A stretch of DNA of 63,697 bases, filler included, from Octopus bimaculoides (GCF_001194135.2; 5 parts of 5 records of this genome joined end to end with filler, not necessarily neighbours in it), one strand, 5' to 3'. Positions 47,993 through 60,897 are shown, counted from the whole stretch's first letter. Numbers and translations are program-made. Notes: a model not told the origin generated them from the sequence alone.

Positions 47993-50249
47993 GACTCAAG
48001 CTGACAGTTCTCCTCCTGTAAACCTTATGCTTCTGTATTTCTTAGGGAGCTTCTATGCTTGATCTGCTAAAAATAGCAAATCACAACCTAATCTCTTAAA
48101 GAAGAAGGAAGGGCATTTTGGTTTATGTAAATCTTGATATGTTCTGTCTGTATGAGAAAAATCAGATGGTCTTAAGTGAAACATCTTTGACCATAGGTCT
48201 GCTCAGTGGAGGCTAAACAGCTACTTCAAAAGCAAAATATATCTTTATTATTTATGGGACTTTTTTTTTTTTAACTCTCCTTGAGATTAAAAACTATCCC
48301 TCTTCAATGCTGAAAGATAATTCAAAACTGTCTCTGTCCCTGTGGACAAAAGGGGTTTTGAATAATAAGGATTGTTATGAAAATGAGAAAGGGAAGATAA
48401 GAAACAAAAGAAAAAGGAAATATACATGTTTTTAAAGAATTTTTTGTTTTGAAGAATGGAAACAGTGACTTTCAGTGCTTAGAAAACTTCCTTATAGTGT
48501 ATTACTTTGCTTTAACGAAAATCTTTTCTTCGTAATTTTTTTTCTAAAGAAGTGAGGAAACAAAATTATCCAAAACTTAGAAACATACTGTTTGCACATA
48601 CCAATATCTTCTAATGCAGAGTGATATCTGCTTTATTGTGCTCTCATCACAAAACTTATGTGGAAAATATCAACAAATATATAAATAAGTAATTAAAATA
48701 ATAAATTATAATTTTCCTTTCTTTATAGTGACACAGTATGAAACAATAAATTGTAAATTGGAAAAATAGATGGAAAATAAAAAAAATACCATTTTAAATA
48801 TATATTTTACAACACATTATGTAACATTATATTACAGCATTAGCAATATTGATCAAGGGATGACATAAAATTCTTTTTCAAGTATTGTTTTATGTCCTCA
48901 TACATATGATATCGAGATAATATTTTCTGCAGAAGTTATGTAAAATTCCTCAAGATTTTGTCTTTATTCTTTATTTTTCACAAAAATATAATTTCTTCAG
49001 ATTTTTATGGGTTTATTCTTTTTTCACAAAACATGATTTCGGAAGTTTTATGAGGGTTTGTTGCACAAGGATTGTTTCAATTGTTGTAAATGAAAAATGT
49101 TTTGATATATGAAGTTGGACAAAACCACTCCTGTGCCAAGATATCCAACTTGTGGTGGAGACTTGTTTGTAGTGAGTTTAATGCAGAAGTGAATTGTATG
49201 TCAGCAATCATGCAAAACATAAGATCTAAAGACCAGGTACACAGAGATAATTGGCCAATTCTCATCTGAGAGTAAACACTCTTAGATGCACTGTTCTTAA
49301 CCTGTTCTTAACGGTTAAGCAAATTGCTGAAGTCCAGACTGAAGTAATCTACCCAGAGAGACAATGAATCATCCATAAATAGATTTGGACTCTTGACATC
49401 TCTCATAAACTTAATAAAAACTATGAATATGTAAAATATATTGCTAATAATTGATGAGCCTCTCATCAATAATGAAGATCCTCATTTAAATCGATAAGAA
49501 TATTGCAAATGCACTGAAAGAAAGAAAAGAAACACTCTGACACTTAAATTATAATTTCAAAGTTTCATCAGTGTTTCCCTATTTTTAAACTAATGAGTAT
49601 TTAGTAATTATATGTTATACATTTTTATTGAAACTATGATATTTGTGCATAATTTGATATCTCTGAATATGTGTTGGCCAATTGCTTGAAGGTGATTAAT
49701 TCATAAAACACTGTGTTACATTTTTATCAATTAGCATTGGTTAATTGTTGTTTGTGAAGTGCCCTGTAATTGAAAATATTTTTAATCTGTAAGTTCATCC
49801 CTAGTTTATATATCTACTGTAAACATCATATAATCACCATATATACATACGTTTAAATATATAATGTGTATACACACACACATATACTTACAAATATATA
49901 CATATGCATGTGTATTATGTATGTATGCACATAGACATATATGGTGTGTATATATTTTTTCCAGCCACCACTTTTCCGAATGTCCTGAAGAAGAGGTCTT
50001 CACCCTGAAATATAGAAATACAAAGTAAAACTACAACTTTGTTCAGTTTCCCTTTTAATTACTTTTTACCTTCTTGCATTGTCCTGGCTTTACACAACTG
50101 CATTCTTTAAATTATACCTCACTGTGCTTCACAAAAACTATCTCATTTTAATATATATGCATGTATATATATATGCACACACACACACATACACACATGC
50201 ATGCACACACACACACACACACATACATACATGCATACATACATACATG

Positions 50250-50280
<31 letters not shown>

Positions 50281-50459
50281 GTATGTATATAAATTCAGAA
50301 GAGTGGTACAACAAGGCACCAATATTTACGAGAAAATAACAATAGGGCTTTATTTCGCTGGAAATTAAAACATTTGTATTGAAATATTTTTCATTTATAT
50401 GTATGTATATAGATATATTTTTATCTGGGTTGAGTCAGTTTGTTACTACTCTCTCTCAC

Positions 50460-50562
50460 CTGTAGATGCACATATTTCAATACCTATTACTGTGAGCACA
50501 AGTATGGCTAGGACTCTCCTGTTTTGGTGTGCCTGGTATAATCTGTTGTTAGCATTAACCAT
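50460..50562 (-). CDS. Candidate first coding exon of an SLC45-family (prostein-like) MFS sugar transporter
   Basis: MVNANNRLYQAHQNRRVLAILVLTVIGIEICAST-G| with the donor CAG|GTGAGA and an in-frame stop 9 codons upstream. It resembles TM1 of SLC45A3 (LLVNLLTFGLEVCLAAGITY). A signal peptide is an alternative reading. Confidence 0.45.
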
Positions 50563-50726
50563 TTGGCCCTTGGATATCTTTCTGTGTCACCCAGTCTGAG
50601 GATAGTTTCTCCCCTTTCTCTGACCCGGTTTTGAAACTCCTCAAAAAAAAAAAAAAAAAAATGTCATGAGCATTACATTTTTTTTCTTGACAGAATCAAA
50701 TATCTTTTAGCTCTCCTAAATGGAAT

Positions 50727-50762
<36 letters not shown>

Positions 50763-51273
50763 ACACACAAACACAAATACAGTTTTGTGTTCATATTTAA
50801 TTTATCACACTTGAAGTAGTGGTCATCTACAACTTAAGTGTCATATATTTTAAGTAACCACTTATTACATCCGCTGTTTTCATTTTACTGGTTCTGTTAC
50901 CAGATAAGCTACATTATGTTAATTGCTTGTTTGCTTTTATCTATATCTTGTTTTCACTTACAATCAGGATGGAATACTCTGTAAAACTAACCAATCAGGA
51001 GTGTATATGTATGTATTTTTCTAGTTAAGCAGGTACATAAACTTGTCACAGGACATAGATGTGTGCATTTATATTTACTGGACAACACTTTCTAGACAGC
51101 TACAAGTTGGTCTTCAGGTTATAACCCATATCTTGATTGTTATCTCACATTTAGTCTTCAGTTTCTCCTCACATTTTCTTTTGGAATCTGTCTTGTGAAC
51201 TATTGATACAGCGAAAAAAATACTTTCATTTAAAGTAAGTCTGTTTGTTTTACCTGTTTCTTCTTCTCCACCT

Positions 51274-51305
<32 letters not shown>

Positions 51306-51874
51306 TTAAAAGGCTTGTTATTGTTCTTTAACCCTAGGTCAGCCACAACCAGCCTATCTTTATGTTTAAGGAGGACTGTATTATATCATGTGTCTTATTT
51401 TCCAAGCTGGCAGACCCTGGTATGACAGATTTAGCTGATATTTCTCCCGACAAAAACTCCTTATTGCTGTTATCATTAGTTACTTGCTCAAACTAGAACT
51501 GGAATAAGTGGGAGAAGCACAGGTGTAAGATAATCAGGATGTTATTTGATTCAAATTTCTTTGTTATGCTAGTGTGCTATAACTTCATTCTGTGATATAG
51601 TAGATCTTTGCCTACAGATATTCCAGCTTTTATTTCACTATTTTCTCTTCAAGCATAATATATTTTAAGCAACATTACTGGAAGAATCTTTGTTTTTCTT
51701 TTAGAGGATGGAGTTGATTAGAGAAAGATTCACCTATTAAAGTGACCATTTAGGGACTTTGTCTTAAGGTGCATGTCTTAAAACATGGTTCCTTCATTTG
51801 GCTGCTACACTGAATAAATGAATAAAATAAAACAAATTAATGATAAATAGATTAAAAACAGAAAGATACTAATG

Positions 51875-52049
51875 GCACAGGAATGGCTGTGTTGTAATAC
51901 ATTTGCTTCCCAACTACATGGTTCCAGGTTCAATCTCAATGTGTGGCACCTTGGGCAAGTGTCTTCTGTTATAGCTTTAACTTGACCAATGCTTTGTGAG
52001 TGGATTTAGTAGACAAACTGAAAGAAGCCCCATCATATATATGTGTATT

Positions 52050-52107
<58 letters not shown>

Positions 52108-52119
52108 AANNNNNNNNNN

Positions 52120-52160
<41 letters not shown>

Positions 52161-52428
52161 GCATATATATGTGTGTGTATATGTATGTGCATATATGCAT
52201 ATGTGTATGTGTGTGCATATGCATGTGTGTGTCTGTGTCTTTGTTTTTGTCTCCTCCCATGATTTGACAACTGGTATTGGTTTGTTTACATTCTTGTAAC
52301 TTAGTGGTTCAGCAAAAGAGGCTGATAGAATAAGTACTGGAGTTGATTCATTTGACTAAAACCCTTCAAAGCACTACCCCAGTATGGCCACAATTCAGTG
52401 ATTGAAACAAGCAAACAATAAAAGATGA
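51875..52428 (+). mobile_element. SINE family D with an internal microsatellite
   Basis: GGCACAGGAATGGCTGTG head, CCTTGGGCAAGTGTCTT core, (TG)(TA)n insert and a CCAGTATGGCCAC..GAAACAAG tail. Confidence 0.88.
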
Positions 52429-52825
52429 GTTTTATAAATGAAAGATTTGGTTTCTAGATAGAGTACCATGTGTGAATTACAAGTTGTAGTCTTTGTTATA
52501 GAAGACAGTAGTTACTATAAGACTGGTTTTAGTCAATAGACTGCAGTCATGTTGGCGCACAGCCCTTAAGGGATTTAATGTAACATATCACCCACAGTAT
52601 TTATTTCAGTTAGTCTGGTACTTATTCTATTGATCTATAATCATCTTATGTCTAAAATGAATTGTTTGATATAAAGTGAGGCAACTTAATGTACACTGGC
52701 ATACACAGATACAGACACACACACATGTATGTATACATGAGTATATGTATTTATGTGTGTGTGTGTGTGTGTGTGTGAGTGTATTTATACTTTATATATA
52801 TACAAGTGTGTATGTGTATATTTAT

Positions 52826-52859
<34 letters not shown>

Positions 52860-52860
<1 letters not shown>

Positions 52861-53056
52861 TAGCAGAAATACCCGGCGTTGCCCGGGTTAAAGAGAATAA
52901 TGAAATCTAAAAACGCCGTCTAGACTACGCATCAACTGGAACCCTAAGTAAGGCATGTGTAAAATTTGAATGAAATTGGTTGCGTAGTTCTCGAGTTTTA
53001 GGGATTCACACAGACAGACAGACAGACAGACACATTCTCATTTTTATATATATAGA
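52860..53056 (-). mobile_element. 197-bp non-autonomous Helitron
   Basis: On the minus strand it begins A|TC-TATATATATAAAA, carries (GTCT)n, and has the subterminal hairpin ACCCGG/CCGGGT (52871-52888). It ends CTAG|T. Confidence 0.85.
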
Positions 53057-53080
53057 TATATATATATATANNNNNNNNNN

Positions 53081-53132
<52 letters not shown>

Positions 53133-53339
53133 ATCGCAGGTTATAGAAGTCTGGACATTATTATTATTATTATTATCATTATTATTATTATAACAATGCT
53201 CAAGAAATATCTTTTTATATAAATTCCTCCATCATAAGCAGGACTGCTGGAAATATAGCGATAGGAACCAATGCACCGATCCTCCTTTCTAAGCGCAACT
53301 ATAACTTATGTACCAGGGAACATGTATGTATGGGAATGC

Positions 53340-53516
53340 TTATATACACATATGGAGTGGTTGGCGTTAGGAAGGGCATCCAGCTGTAGAAACTCTGCCA
53401 AATCAGATTGGAGCCTGGTGTCGCCTCCTGGTCCACCAGTCCTCAGTCAAATCGTCCAACCCATGCTAGCATGGAAAGCGGACGTTAAACGACGACGACG
53501 ATGATGATGATGATGT
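53340..53516 (+). mobile_element. SINE/LINE 3' tail with a (GAT)n end
   Basis: GGCGTTAGGAAGGGCATCCAGCTGTAGAAAC..CCATGCTAGCATGGAAAGCGGACGTTAAACGACGACGATGAT. The same end occurs at 31001-31040. Confidence 0.75.
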
Positions 53517-53931
53517 TGTGTATCTATGTATGTGTCGGTGGATATATTTATGTGTCCTTATGTTTAATAACAATAACAATTGACTCATTGTTGCGCATGT
53601 ATAGACGTTTATGTATGTACACTTAAGTGTACATATATATATTCATGTATTTATGTTTATTTATGTATATCTATATATATCAAAGTATGCATGCATATGC
53701 ATATATGTGTGAGATTTTATGACTTTTATATTTTTTTTATATGTTTATATTTGTATATTGTAAATTAACTCCATGAACTTTGTAAATCTCTGAAGAGGCC
53801 TAGAGGTCTATTTTCATTCATTTCATCTATCAAGTACTCCAGTTTACTGGAGTTATATAAATAGAATGAGGCGTGTCACCTCTAGACATTGTCCCTTCTT
53901 CGGTCACTAGATGTCCTTTTTAATTTTTATT

Positions 53932-54040
53932 ACTGAGGAGTGGCTGTGTGGTAAGTAGCCTGCTTACCAACCACATGGTTCCGGGTTCAGTCCCACTGCA
54001 TGGCACCTTTAGCAAGTGTCTTCGACAATAGCCTCGGGTC
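53932..54040 (+). mobile_element. SINE family D 5' head, truncated
   Basis: GGAGTGGCTGTGTGGTAAGTAGCCTGCTTACC..GGTTCAGTCCCACTGC..GCAAGTGTCTT..GCCTCGGG. Confidence 0.85.
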
Positions 54041-54280
54041 CCCTTTAGTTGCTGCCCTCCCATCCAACATACACGACACTCATCATGCCCTTCGCCTCTT
54101 CAATTCCTTTTCCTTCCCTCCTGGCCCCTCACTTCCTCGTCACCATGGACATCAAATCCCTATACACGGTGATTCCCCACAACGACGGTCTCTAGCCCTC
54201 CAATACTTCCTCGACTGTCACCCTGACCCCACACCCAGCACCTCTACCCTTCTTCACCTGGCAGAGCTCGTCCTCACACA
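54041..54280 (+). mobile_element. Penelope-like (Neptune-type) RT fragment
   Basis: Across frameshifts: LVAALPSNIHDTHHAL..FLVTMDIKSLYTVIPHNDG..ALQYFLD..PSTSTLLHLAELVLT. Confidence 0.75.
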
Positions 54281-54442
54281 CATACACACACATACATATC
54301 CACACATGAAAACAAAAGCACATGCACCTGTATACACACATGAACGCACATACACCTCCGACACACACTACACACATGCATGCACATATACACACACACA
54401 CACACATACCTCCATACACATACACACATGCACACACATATG

Positions 54443-54477
<35 letters not shown>

Positions 54478-55330
54478 ACATACTCCCACTTGCACACACA
54501 TGCGCATACACACACATGCACAAACGCGCACACACACATACACTCACACAGGAATGCACAGATACCTAACCCACACAACCCCCCCACACACAGACACACA
54601 TACCTATATATACACACACACACAAACATAAACACACACAACCACATATACATACATACTCAAGCACACGCGCATACACGCAACAAAATGCACTCATAAC
54701 CCGACATGCATTTCTACGTTCACACACACATATACACATGAATGCTCATACACACATGTACACACGCACATACACACACACATATACATGCACATACACA
54801 CACGCACACACACATATACACATGTACATACACATACATACACACACTAGTACATGTACGCACATATACCTCCAACACACACAATGCACATACAGACACG
54901 CACACAATTACACACACATGGGCAAAAAACACACAGGTGTAAACGCATGCACACATACCTCCCATACACACACATCACACACTCATACATATATGCACAC
55001 AATTATACATGTACACACACACGCACGCACATACAAGCACACACACGCACATACAAGCACACGCACGCACATACAAGCACACACATGCACATACAAGCAC
55101 ACGCACGCACATACAAGCACACACATGCACATGCAAGCACACACACGCACACACACTGAGTAAAGTATAATTACTCCACAGACACAGCCTGACGCGCACA
55201 CACATACCCACACGTGCACACACATACATACATACCCACATGTACGCACACATACATACATACATACACACACGCACACTGGAAACAAAACACACACACA
55301 CACTACATATACATATGCGCACACACATAC
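54281..55330. repeat. About 1-kb degenerate (CA)n/(CATA)n tract with internal ~20-bp tandem units
   Basis: Directly visible. GCACATACAAGCACAC units repeat at 55020-55150. Confidence 0.9.
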
Positions 55331-55652
55331 TTCAAACTACCAGTACCTTTCTACTGACCTATGCACATGTGTAGGTAGACACACAACAGGCACCCACTCC
55401 TACTATAAATTCTTTCTATGACCTTAAGGATGCTATGTCCAACCACACACATACATAAACAGCCACAACTACACACACATACACACACATGTGCTATCAT
55501 TACATACACCCACATACCTCCTTCTCTTGCACTCTCCTGTCTTTGAAAAGAACTTTTTCTCCACCATTTCCCTTCCAGTCATTCCAATATGTAACCGCAT
55601 GTGCATTGTTGATTTTCTTTCTCCGTCTTCCCTTCTTTGGACTTTTCCTATA

Positions 55653-55685
55653 TTTCTGACAAAGATCTCCGATCGAAACGTTAAA
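55653..55685 (+). ncRNA. Decayed minimal Penelope-type hammerhead ribozyme
   Basis: TTT-CTGACAA-A-GATC(TCC)GATC-GAAA-CG-TT-AAA. The core G8 is lost (CG to CA, consistent with CpG decay). Confidence 0.5.
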
Positions 55686-55789
55686 ATCCTCTTTCTTTTA
55701 TTTCCTTTCCTTAGCATCCAATAACACATCCTCGCGTTGTTTTTTTGTGTTTTTTCTTGTTTGTTCATTCTCCTAATTAATAAATAACT

Positions 55790-55935
55790 CGGACAAAATA
55801 AATTGGTTAATAGGTACCAGGGTAGCAAAGATCACAAAATAACTATGGTGTAACTCCTGTTTATGAGGTAGAAACTCCTTGATATTTTGGGTACTTGAGT
55901 ATAGTTAACATATGCGTTTTACTCCATTCATTAAA
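55790..55935 (-). mobile_element. Third, truncated copy of the 34.6/45.0-kb family
   Basis: TTAATAGGTACCAGGGTAGCAAAG..AACTCCTG..TTTTGGGTACTTGAGTATA matches 44890-45000. Confidence 0.65.
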
Positions 55936-56047
55936 TTTATATATATANNNNNNNNNNNNNNNNNNNNNNNNNNNNNNNNNNNNNNNNNNNNTTAATTAAT
56001 TAANNNNNNNNNNNNNNNNNNNNNNNNNNNNNNNNNNNNNNNNNNNN

Positions 56048-56092
<45 letters not shown>

Positions 56093-56695
56093 TTTTGTGT
56101 GTGTGTGTGTGTGTTTGTGTGTGCGTGTGTGTGTATGTGTGTGTGTGTGTGTGTGTGTATAACATGTATTGCGTGTGTCTGGGTGTATTAATATAACTAA
56201 CTTAAAGCCAGCATGCATACATATCAAATATACACACATCTACACTCAAAAGATTATGCTTTCGTACACAGCGCGTGGAGAAACCATCAACAAAACGAAA
56301 TTCATAATTACACCGAATATATACACAAACATGTATGTATAAGCTCATGCAAAATATGCCATCATAGAAACAGCTAAAAGCAAAAGAAAATAGAGAAATA
56401 AAACCGAACAAACACACATTTACCACCATCACATCGATAAATACCCAAGTCTTAATCACACAAGTACAAGAATATCGCTTACGACTCAGTCAAAATGTCG
56501 ACATTCGACATATTAGAAAAATAAAAATGAAAAAACGGATTCACAACAACCCAAGCATTTTGCCATACCAATAACATTTAAGGGAAAGAAAAAAAAAGCA
56601 CAAAAATGTCACTAATGACGGCTAATGCCTTCAAAATAATCCTCTTGGTATTAAAATACTGCCGTGCTGTTTCTTTCCCCGTTGCTTCTAATCAC

Positions 56696-56800
56696 CTGAA
56701 CATATAAAGACTTAAGCCGAAGCATCTTAATATGGCCGCTGTCTTTCTCTTGCCACCGACATGGCTAACGTTTATCGATCACGTGACAAGAGTTATCGTC
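56696..56800 (-). promoter_or_regulatory. Candidate host-gene promoter / non-coding first exon
   Basis: CpG-rich unique patch with GTCACGTGAT (E-box/CLEAR-like, 56777-56786), YY1-like AATATGGCCGC / ACATGGC motifs, and a minus-strand donor CAG|GTGATT at 56696. Confidence 0.35.
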
Positions 56801-58149
56801 TGCTTTCTTTTACAGATTACTGTGTGTGAATAAATACATTTATTTTGCTTGTTTTAGCTATTGATGTTGCTATTGTTTTGTTATTGATGTCGTTGTTGGT
56901 TTTATTCCGGTGGTTCATTGCGGGATGTAGTTGTTATTGCAATGGCTGCTGTTTTTTGACTGTTGTTGTTAAGCTCCGTGTCAGCTCCTATTGCGCCTAG
57001 CTACTACCAAGGTCACCCGCCCTTTAACACTACACACCTTGTCTTCTTTTTCCATATATATATATTATATATATATATNNNNNNNNNNNNNNNNNNNNNN
57101 NNNNNNNNNNNNNNNNNNNNNNNNNNNNNNNNNNNNNNNNNNNNNNNNNNNNNNNNNNNNNNNNNNNNNNNNNNNNNNNNNNNNNNNNNNNNNNNNNNNN
57201 NNNNNNNNNNNNNNNNNNNNNNNNNNNNNNNNNNNNNNNNNNNNNNNNNNNNNNNNNNNNNNNNNNNNNNNNNNNNNNNNNNNNNNNNNNNNNNNNNNNN
57301 NNNNNNNNNNNNNNNNNNNNNNNNNNNNNNNNNNNNNNNNNNNNNNNNNNNNNNNNNNNNNNNNNNNNNNNNNNNNNNNNNNNNNNNNNNNNNNNNNNNN
57401 NNNNNNNNNNNNNNNNNNNNNNNNNNNNNNNNNNNNNNNNNNNNNNNNNNNNNNNNNNNNNNNNNNNNNNNNNNNNNNNNNNNNNNNNNNNNNNNNNNNN
57501 NNNNNNNNNNNNNNNNNNNNNNNTATATATATATTTATATATATATACATACATATTTCTATTTAAAAGAGGTGAGGATCGAAATCCTTCAAAGGGATGC
57601 CAAACATCCAAGTACACCTATATATTTTTTCCTTTCCTTATACTTTGTGTGTATATATATGTGGGCTGTATATATATATGTATATATATATATATGTATC
57701 TATATATATATGTATGTACGTATGTATGTATGTATGTATGCATAGCAACGTCACCCACCCAGTAAACCATGGAGGTATTTGGGTGTAGGCACGTGTTTAA
57801 TATAAAATGGACGATTTAGCAACAAAGTACATCTCTGGAACACAAGACACCAGCTAAACATCAAAAGAATTTACAAGACAACAGCGACATCATCATCAAC
57901 AACAACAACAACAACAACAACAACGGCAACAACTAATGGCCCTAATTATAAGGCCGTTCGCAGTACTAATAATAAGAGCAACCTTACTAACACAAACAAT
58001 AACCATGATAATGGAGACGAAACCGATGGGAGGATAAAAGCCGAAAAGTGACATAGAAAAAAATTAGTAAATTCATAATATACTACCGATAATAAGGACC
58101 AAAATATACAACAATAATATTAATAATAATGGTGATGATGATGATGATG

Positions 58150-58186
<37 letters not shown>

Positions 58187-58267
58187 TGATGATGATGATG
58201 ATGATGANNNNNNNNNNTAATAATAATAATAATAATAATAATGATGATGATGATGATGATGATGATG

Positions 58268-58660
58268 ATAGAGTAATTGGAGTAATAGAGGCTAGAAGGC
58301 CTGGTTTGGTAGTAGTAGATAAAGAGAGTAGAGTGCCAGGTAATTGACTTTACAGTCCCAAATGATGAAAGAAATCAATATGAGAAGTATAGAAAAAAAT
58401 AGTAAAGTACCAGGGCCTAGCCATTGAATTACAGTGTCTATGGAAAATGCGGGTAGTTATAGGTGCATTATGAACTATCTCTAAAGATTTGAACAGATGG
58501 ATAGAGGAAATAGGCATAAAACCCAGTTTAGTACAGTTCCAGAAAACGGTGTTATTAGGGACAGCTAAGATAGCTAGGAGGGTTTTTGGTATATAAGGTT
58601 ACTTGTTATAGCCCGATGTTAGGAATTTTTTTTCCAACAATCTAATCTGTTGCGTGTATA
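58268..58660 (+). mobile_element. R4/Dong-like LINE 3' end embedded in (AAT)n/(GAT)n arrays
   Basis: EARRPGLVVVDKESR..VIDFTVPND..KYQGLAIELQCLW..VIGAL..QKTVLLGTAKIARRV (REL domain), with trinucleotide arrays on both sides. Confidence 0.8.
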
Positions 58661-58678
58661 TGAATAATGATGATGATG

Positions 58679-58744
<66 letters not shown>

Positions 58745-58851
58745 GCATGTGCCTGGTGTGCCCTTATCAGACGGGTAGTCATGATGGGTATACTGGGCTT
58801 CGTATATTTTACTCCAGTGTCACTTGGATGGCATGCACTGCTCTCTCACTC

Positions 58852-58890
<39 letters not shown>

Positions 58891-59570
58891 NNNNNNNNNN
58901 NNNNNNNNNNNNNNNNNNNNNNNNNNNNNNNNNNNNNNNNNNNNNNNNNNNNNNNNNNNNNNNNNNNNNNNNNNNNNNNNNNNNNNNNNNNNNNNNNNNN
59001 NNNNNNNNNNNNNNNNNNNNNNNNNNNNNNNNNNNNNNNNNNNNNNNNNNNNNNNNNNNNNNNNNNNNNNNNNNNNNNNNNNNNNNNNNNNNNNNNNNNN
59101 NNNNNNNNNNNNNNNNNNNNNNNNNNNNNNNNNNNNNNNNNNNNNNNNNNNNNNNNNNNNNNNNNNNNNNNNNNNNNNNNNNNNNNNNNNNNNNNNNNNN
59201 NNNNNNNNNNNNNNNNNNNNNNNNNNNNNNNNNNNNNNNNNNNNNNNNNNNNNNNNNNNNNNNNNNNNNNNNNNNNNNNNNNNNNNNNNNNNNNNNNNNN
59301 NNNNNNNNNNNNNNNNNNNNNNNNNNNNNNNNNNNNNNNNNNNNNNNNNNNNNNNNNNNNNNNNNNNNNNNNNNNNNNNNNNNNNNNNNNNNNNNNNNNN
59401 NNNNNNNNNNNNNNNNNNNNNNNNNNNNNNNNNNNNNNNNNNNNNNNNNNNNNNNNNNNNNNNNNNNNNNNNNNNNNNNNNNNNNNNNNNNNNNNNNNNN
59501 NNNNNNNNNNNNNNNNNNNNNNNNNNNNNNNNNNNNNNNNNNNNNNNNNNNNNNNNNNNNAGAGACAATA

Positions 59571-60300
59571 AAATCTTGGAAGGCCTGTTTTACAGCATCG
59601 TCGGAGTTAAATTTTTTTTTCCTATGAAAAAGTTATCCAAATTCTGGAAGAATTGGTAGTCAGTGGGGACAAGATCAGATGAGTATGGTGGATGAGGGAG
59701 AACTTACAACTCCAACTCCTGTAGTTTTGCCAATGTCATTTTTGCAATGTGTGGTCTGGCGTTGTCTTGCAATAAAATAGGAGTAGATCTGGTGACTAAT
59801 CTAGGCTGTTTTTTTTGTAAGTTCCTGCATCATTTGGTCCAGTTAGCTGCAGCATACTTCAGCTGTGATTGATGAGCCAGGTTTAATGAAATCATAATGG
59901 ATCACACCTGCGCCAGGCCACCAAACACACACCCTCAGCTTCTTTTGATGAATTTTGCTTTTTGGACTGTGTTTTGGTGGCTTGTCTTTGGCCAACCATT
60001 CTGCTGGACGTTTACGGTTGTTGTATTGGATCCATTTTTCAACACGTTACAATTTGATTTTAAGATGATTCATTTTTGTGTCGAGAAAGTAGCATAATTC
60101 AGGCTTCCAAACGTTGCTATTTCTGATTTTCGTTAAGTTCATGTGGAACCCACCTATCCAACTTTTTCACTTTACCGAATTGAACCAGGTGAGTCAATAT
60201 TGTTTGCTTGCTAACACCAAACAACAACGATAATTCATGGGTATCATTTAAATTCTTCCTCTGAAGGAGTGGGTTTCTAACAAACATACAAAATTCCATT
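59571..60300 (-). pseudogene. Mariner transposase pseudogene
   Basis: KVKKLDRWVPHELNENQK and PILLQDNARPH, with several frameshifts. Confidence 0.85.
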
Positions 60301-60339
60301 TCTGGGATGTAGATAACAAAAATAATGTCATATTTTAAA

Positions 60340-60865
60340 CCTGAGAAAAGACTTGTATAGTTGTACTGTTTCTCTTACAGATTGTATTTGCAATGTGCAG
60401 ATTGGTTGATTTCTTTTTCTGAAAATCCAAGCTTTTCTGGACTGGTAGTTAGGCATTTACGTACAAAACGAAGTGTTCCAATTATTATTGATATAAATGT
60501 AAATTTGTAATCCGGATATAGAAGCTGGCAGTTTCAAAGCAGATTTTCAAAGCAAGACAGCTGACCTCTTTGACGGTACATACTTTCTCTTGTCTGTCCC
60601 AAACAACAATATCCAGCCTGTTATGTTTACATTTGACAGATGTTTTGATGGAAATATTCCACCAGTATTCCTTGTGCTGGTATTTGTGTACGTATTCAAT
60701 AACAGAGTGATTCTCTATATTCATTCCAGGACAGTCTCTTTTCCGAATGGCATTGCATATTGCTTTTGCCACAATGTCAGGCCGCATAGGGATGTAGTAC
60801 TTTGATAACACTTTTGGGCAGCTGCAAATCCCATGTGTGGTATCTTCCACAGAAATATGACATAG

Positions 60866-60866
<1 letters not shown>
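60340..60866 (-). mobile_element. R4/Dong-type fragment (same family as 16015-20028)
   Basis: HICSCPK..HNRLDIVVWDRQEKVCTVKEVSC. The 5' end abuts (CATA)n. Confidence 0.8.

Positions 60867-60897
<31 letters not shown>

Noticed and set aside
49077-49265. 62-aa minus-strand ORF as exon 2 of the SLC45-like gene
   Set aside because: It shows no similarity to the expected FTYIPP/GRRRPF region and has no convincing splice sites.
49985-50030. CTGAAGA..GAAATATAG hammerhead-like spacing
   Set aside because: Stems I and II pair poorly, so it cannot be distinguished from chance or a very old relic.
53788-53915. CTGAAGAGG followed by a long nested hairpin (CTAGAGGT/ACCTCTAG)
   Set aside because: No GAAA core or cleavage site follows the hairpin, so it is not callable as an HHR.
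12032-59659. Many long ORFs in the track made of X, YI, CV, HT or N/I runs
   Set aside because: They are artefacts of N gaps and of (TA)n, (CA)n, (CATA)n and (AAT)n microsatellites.
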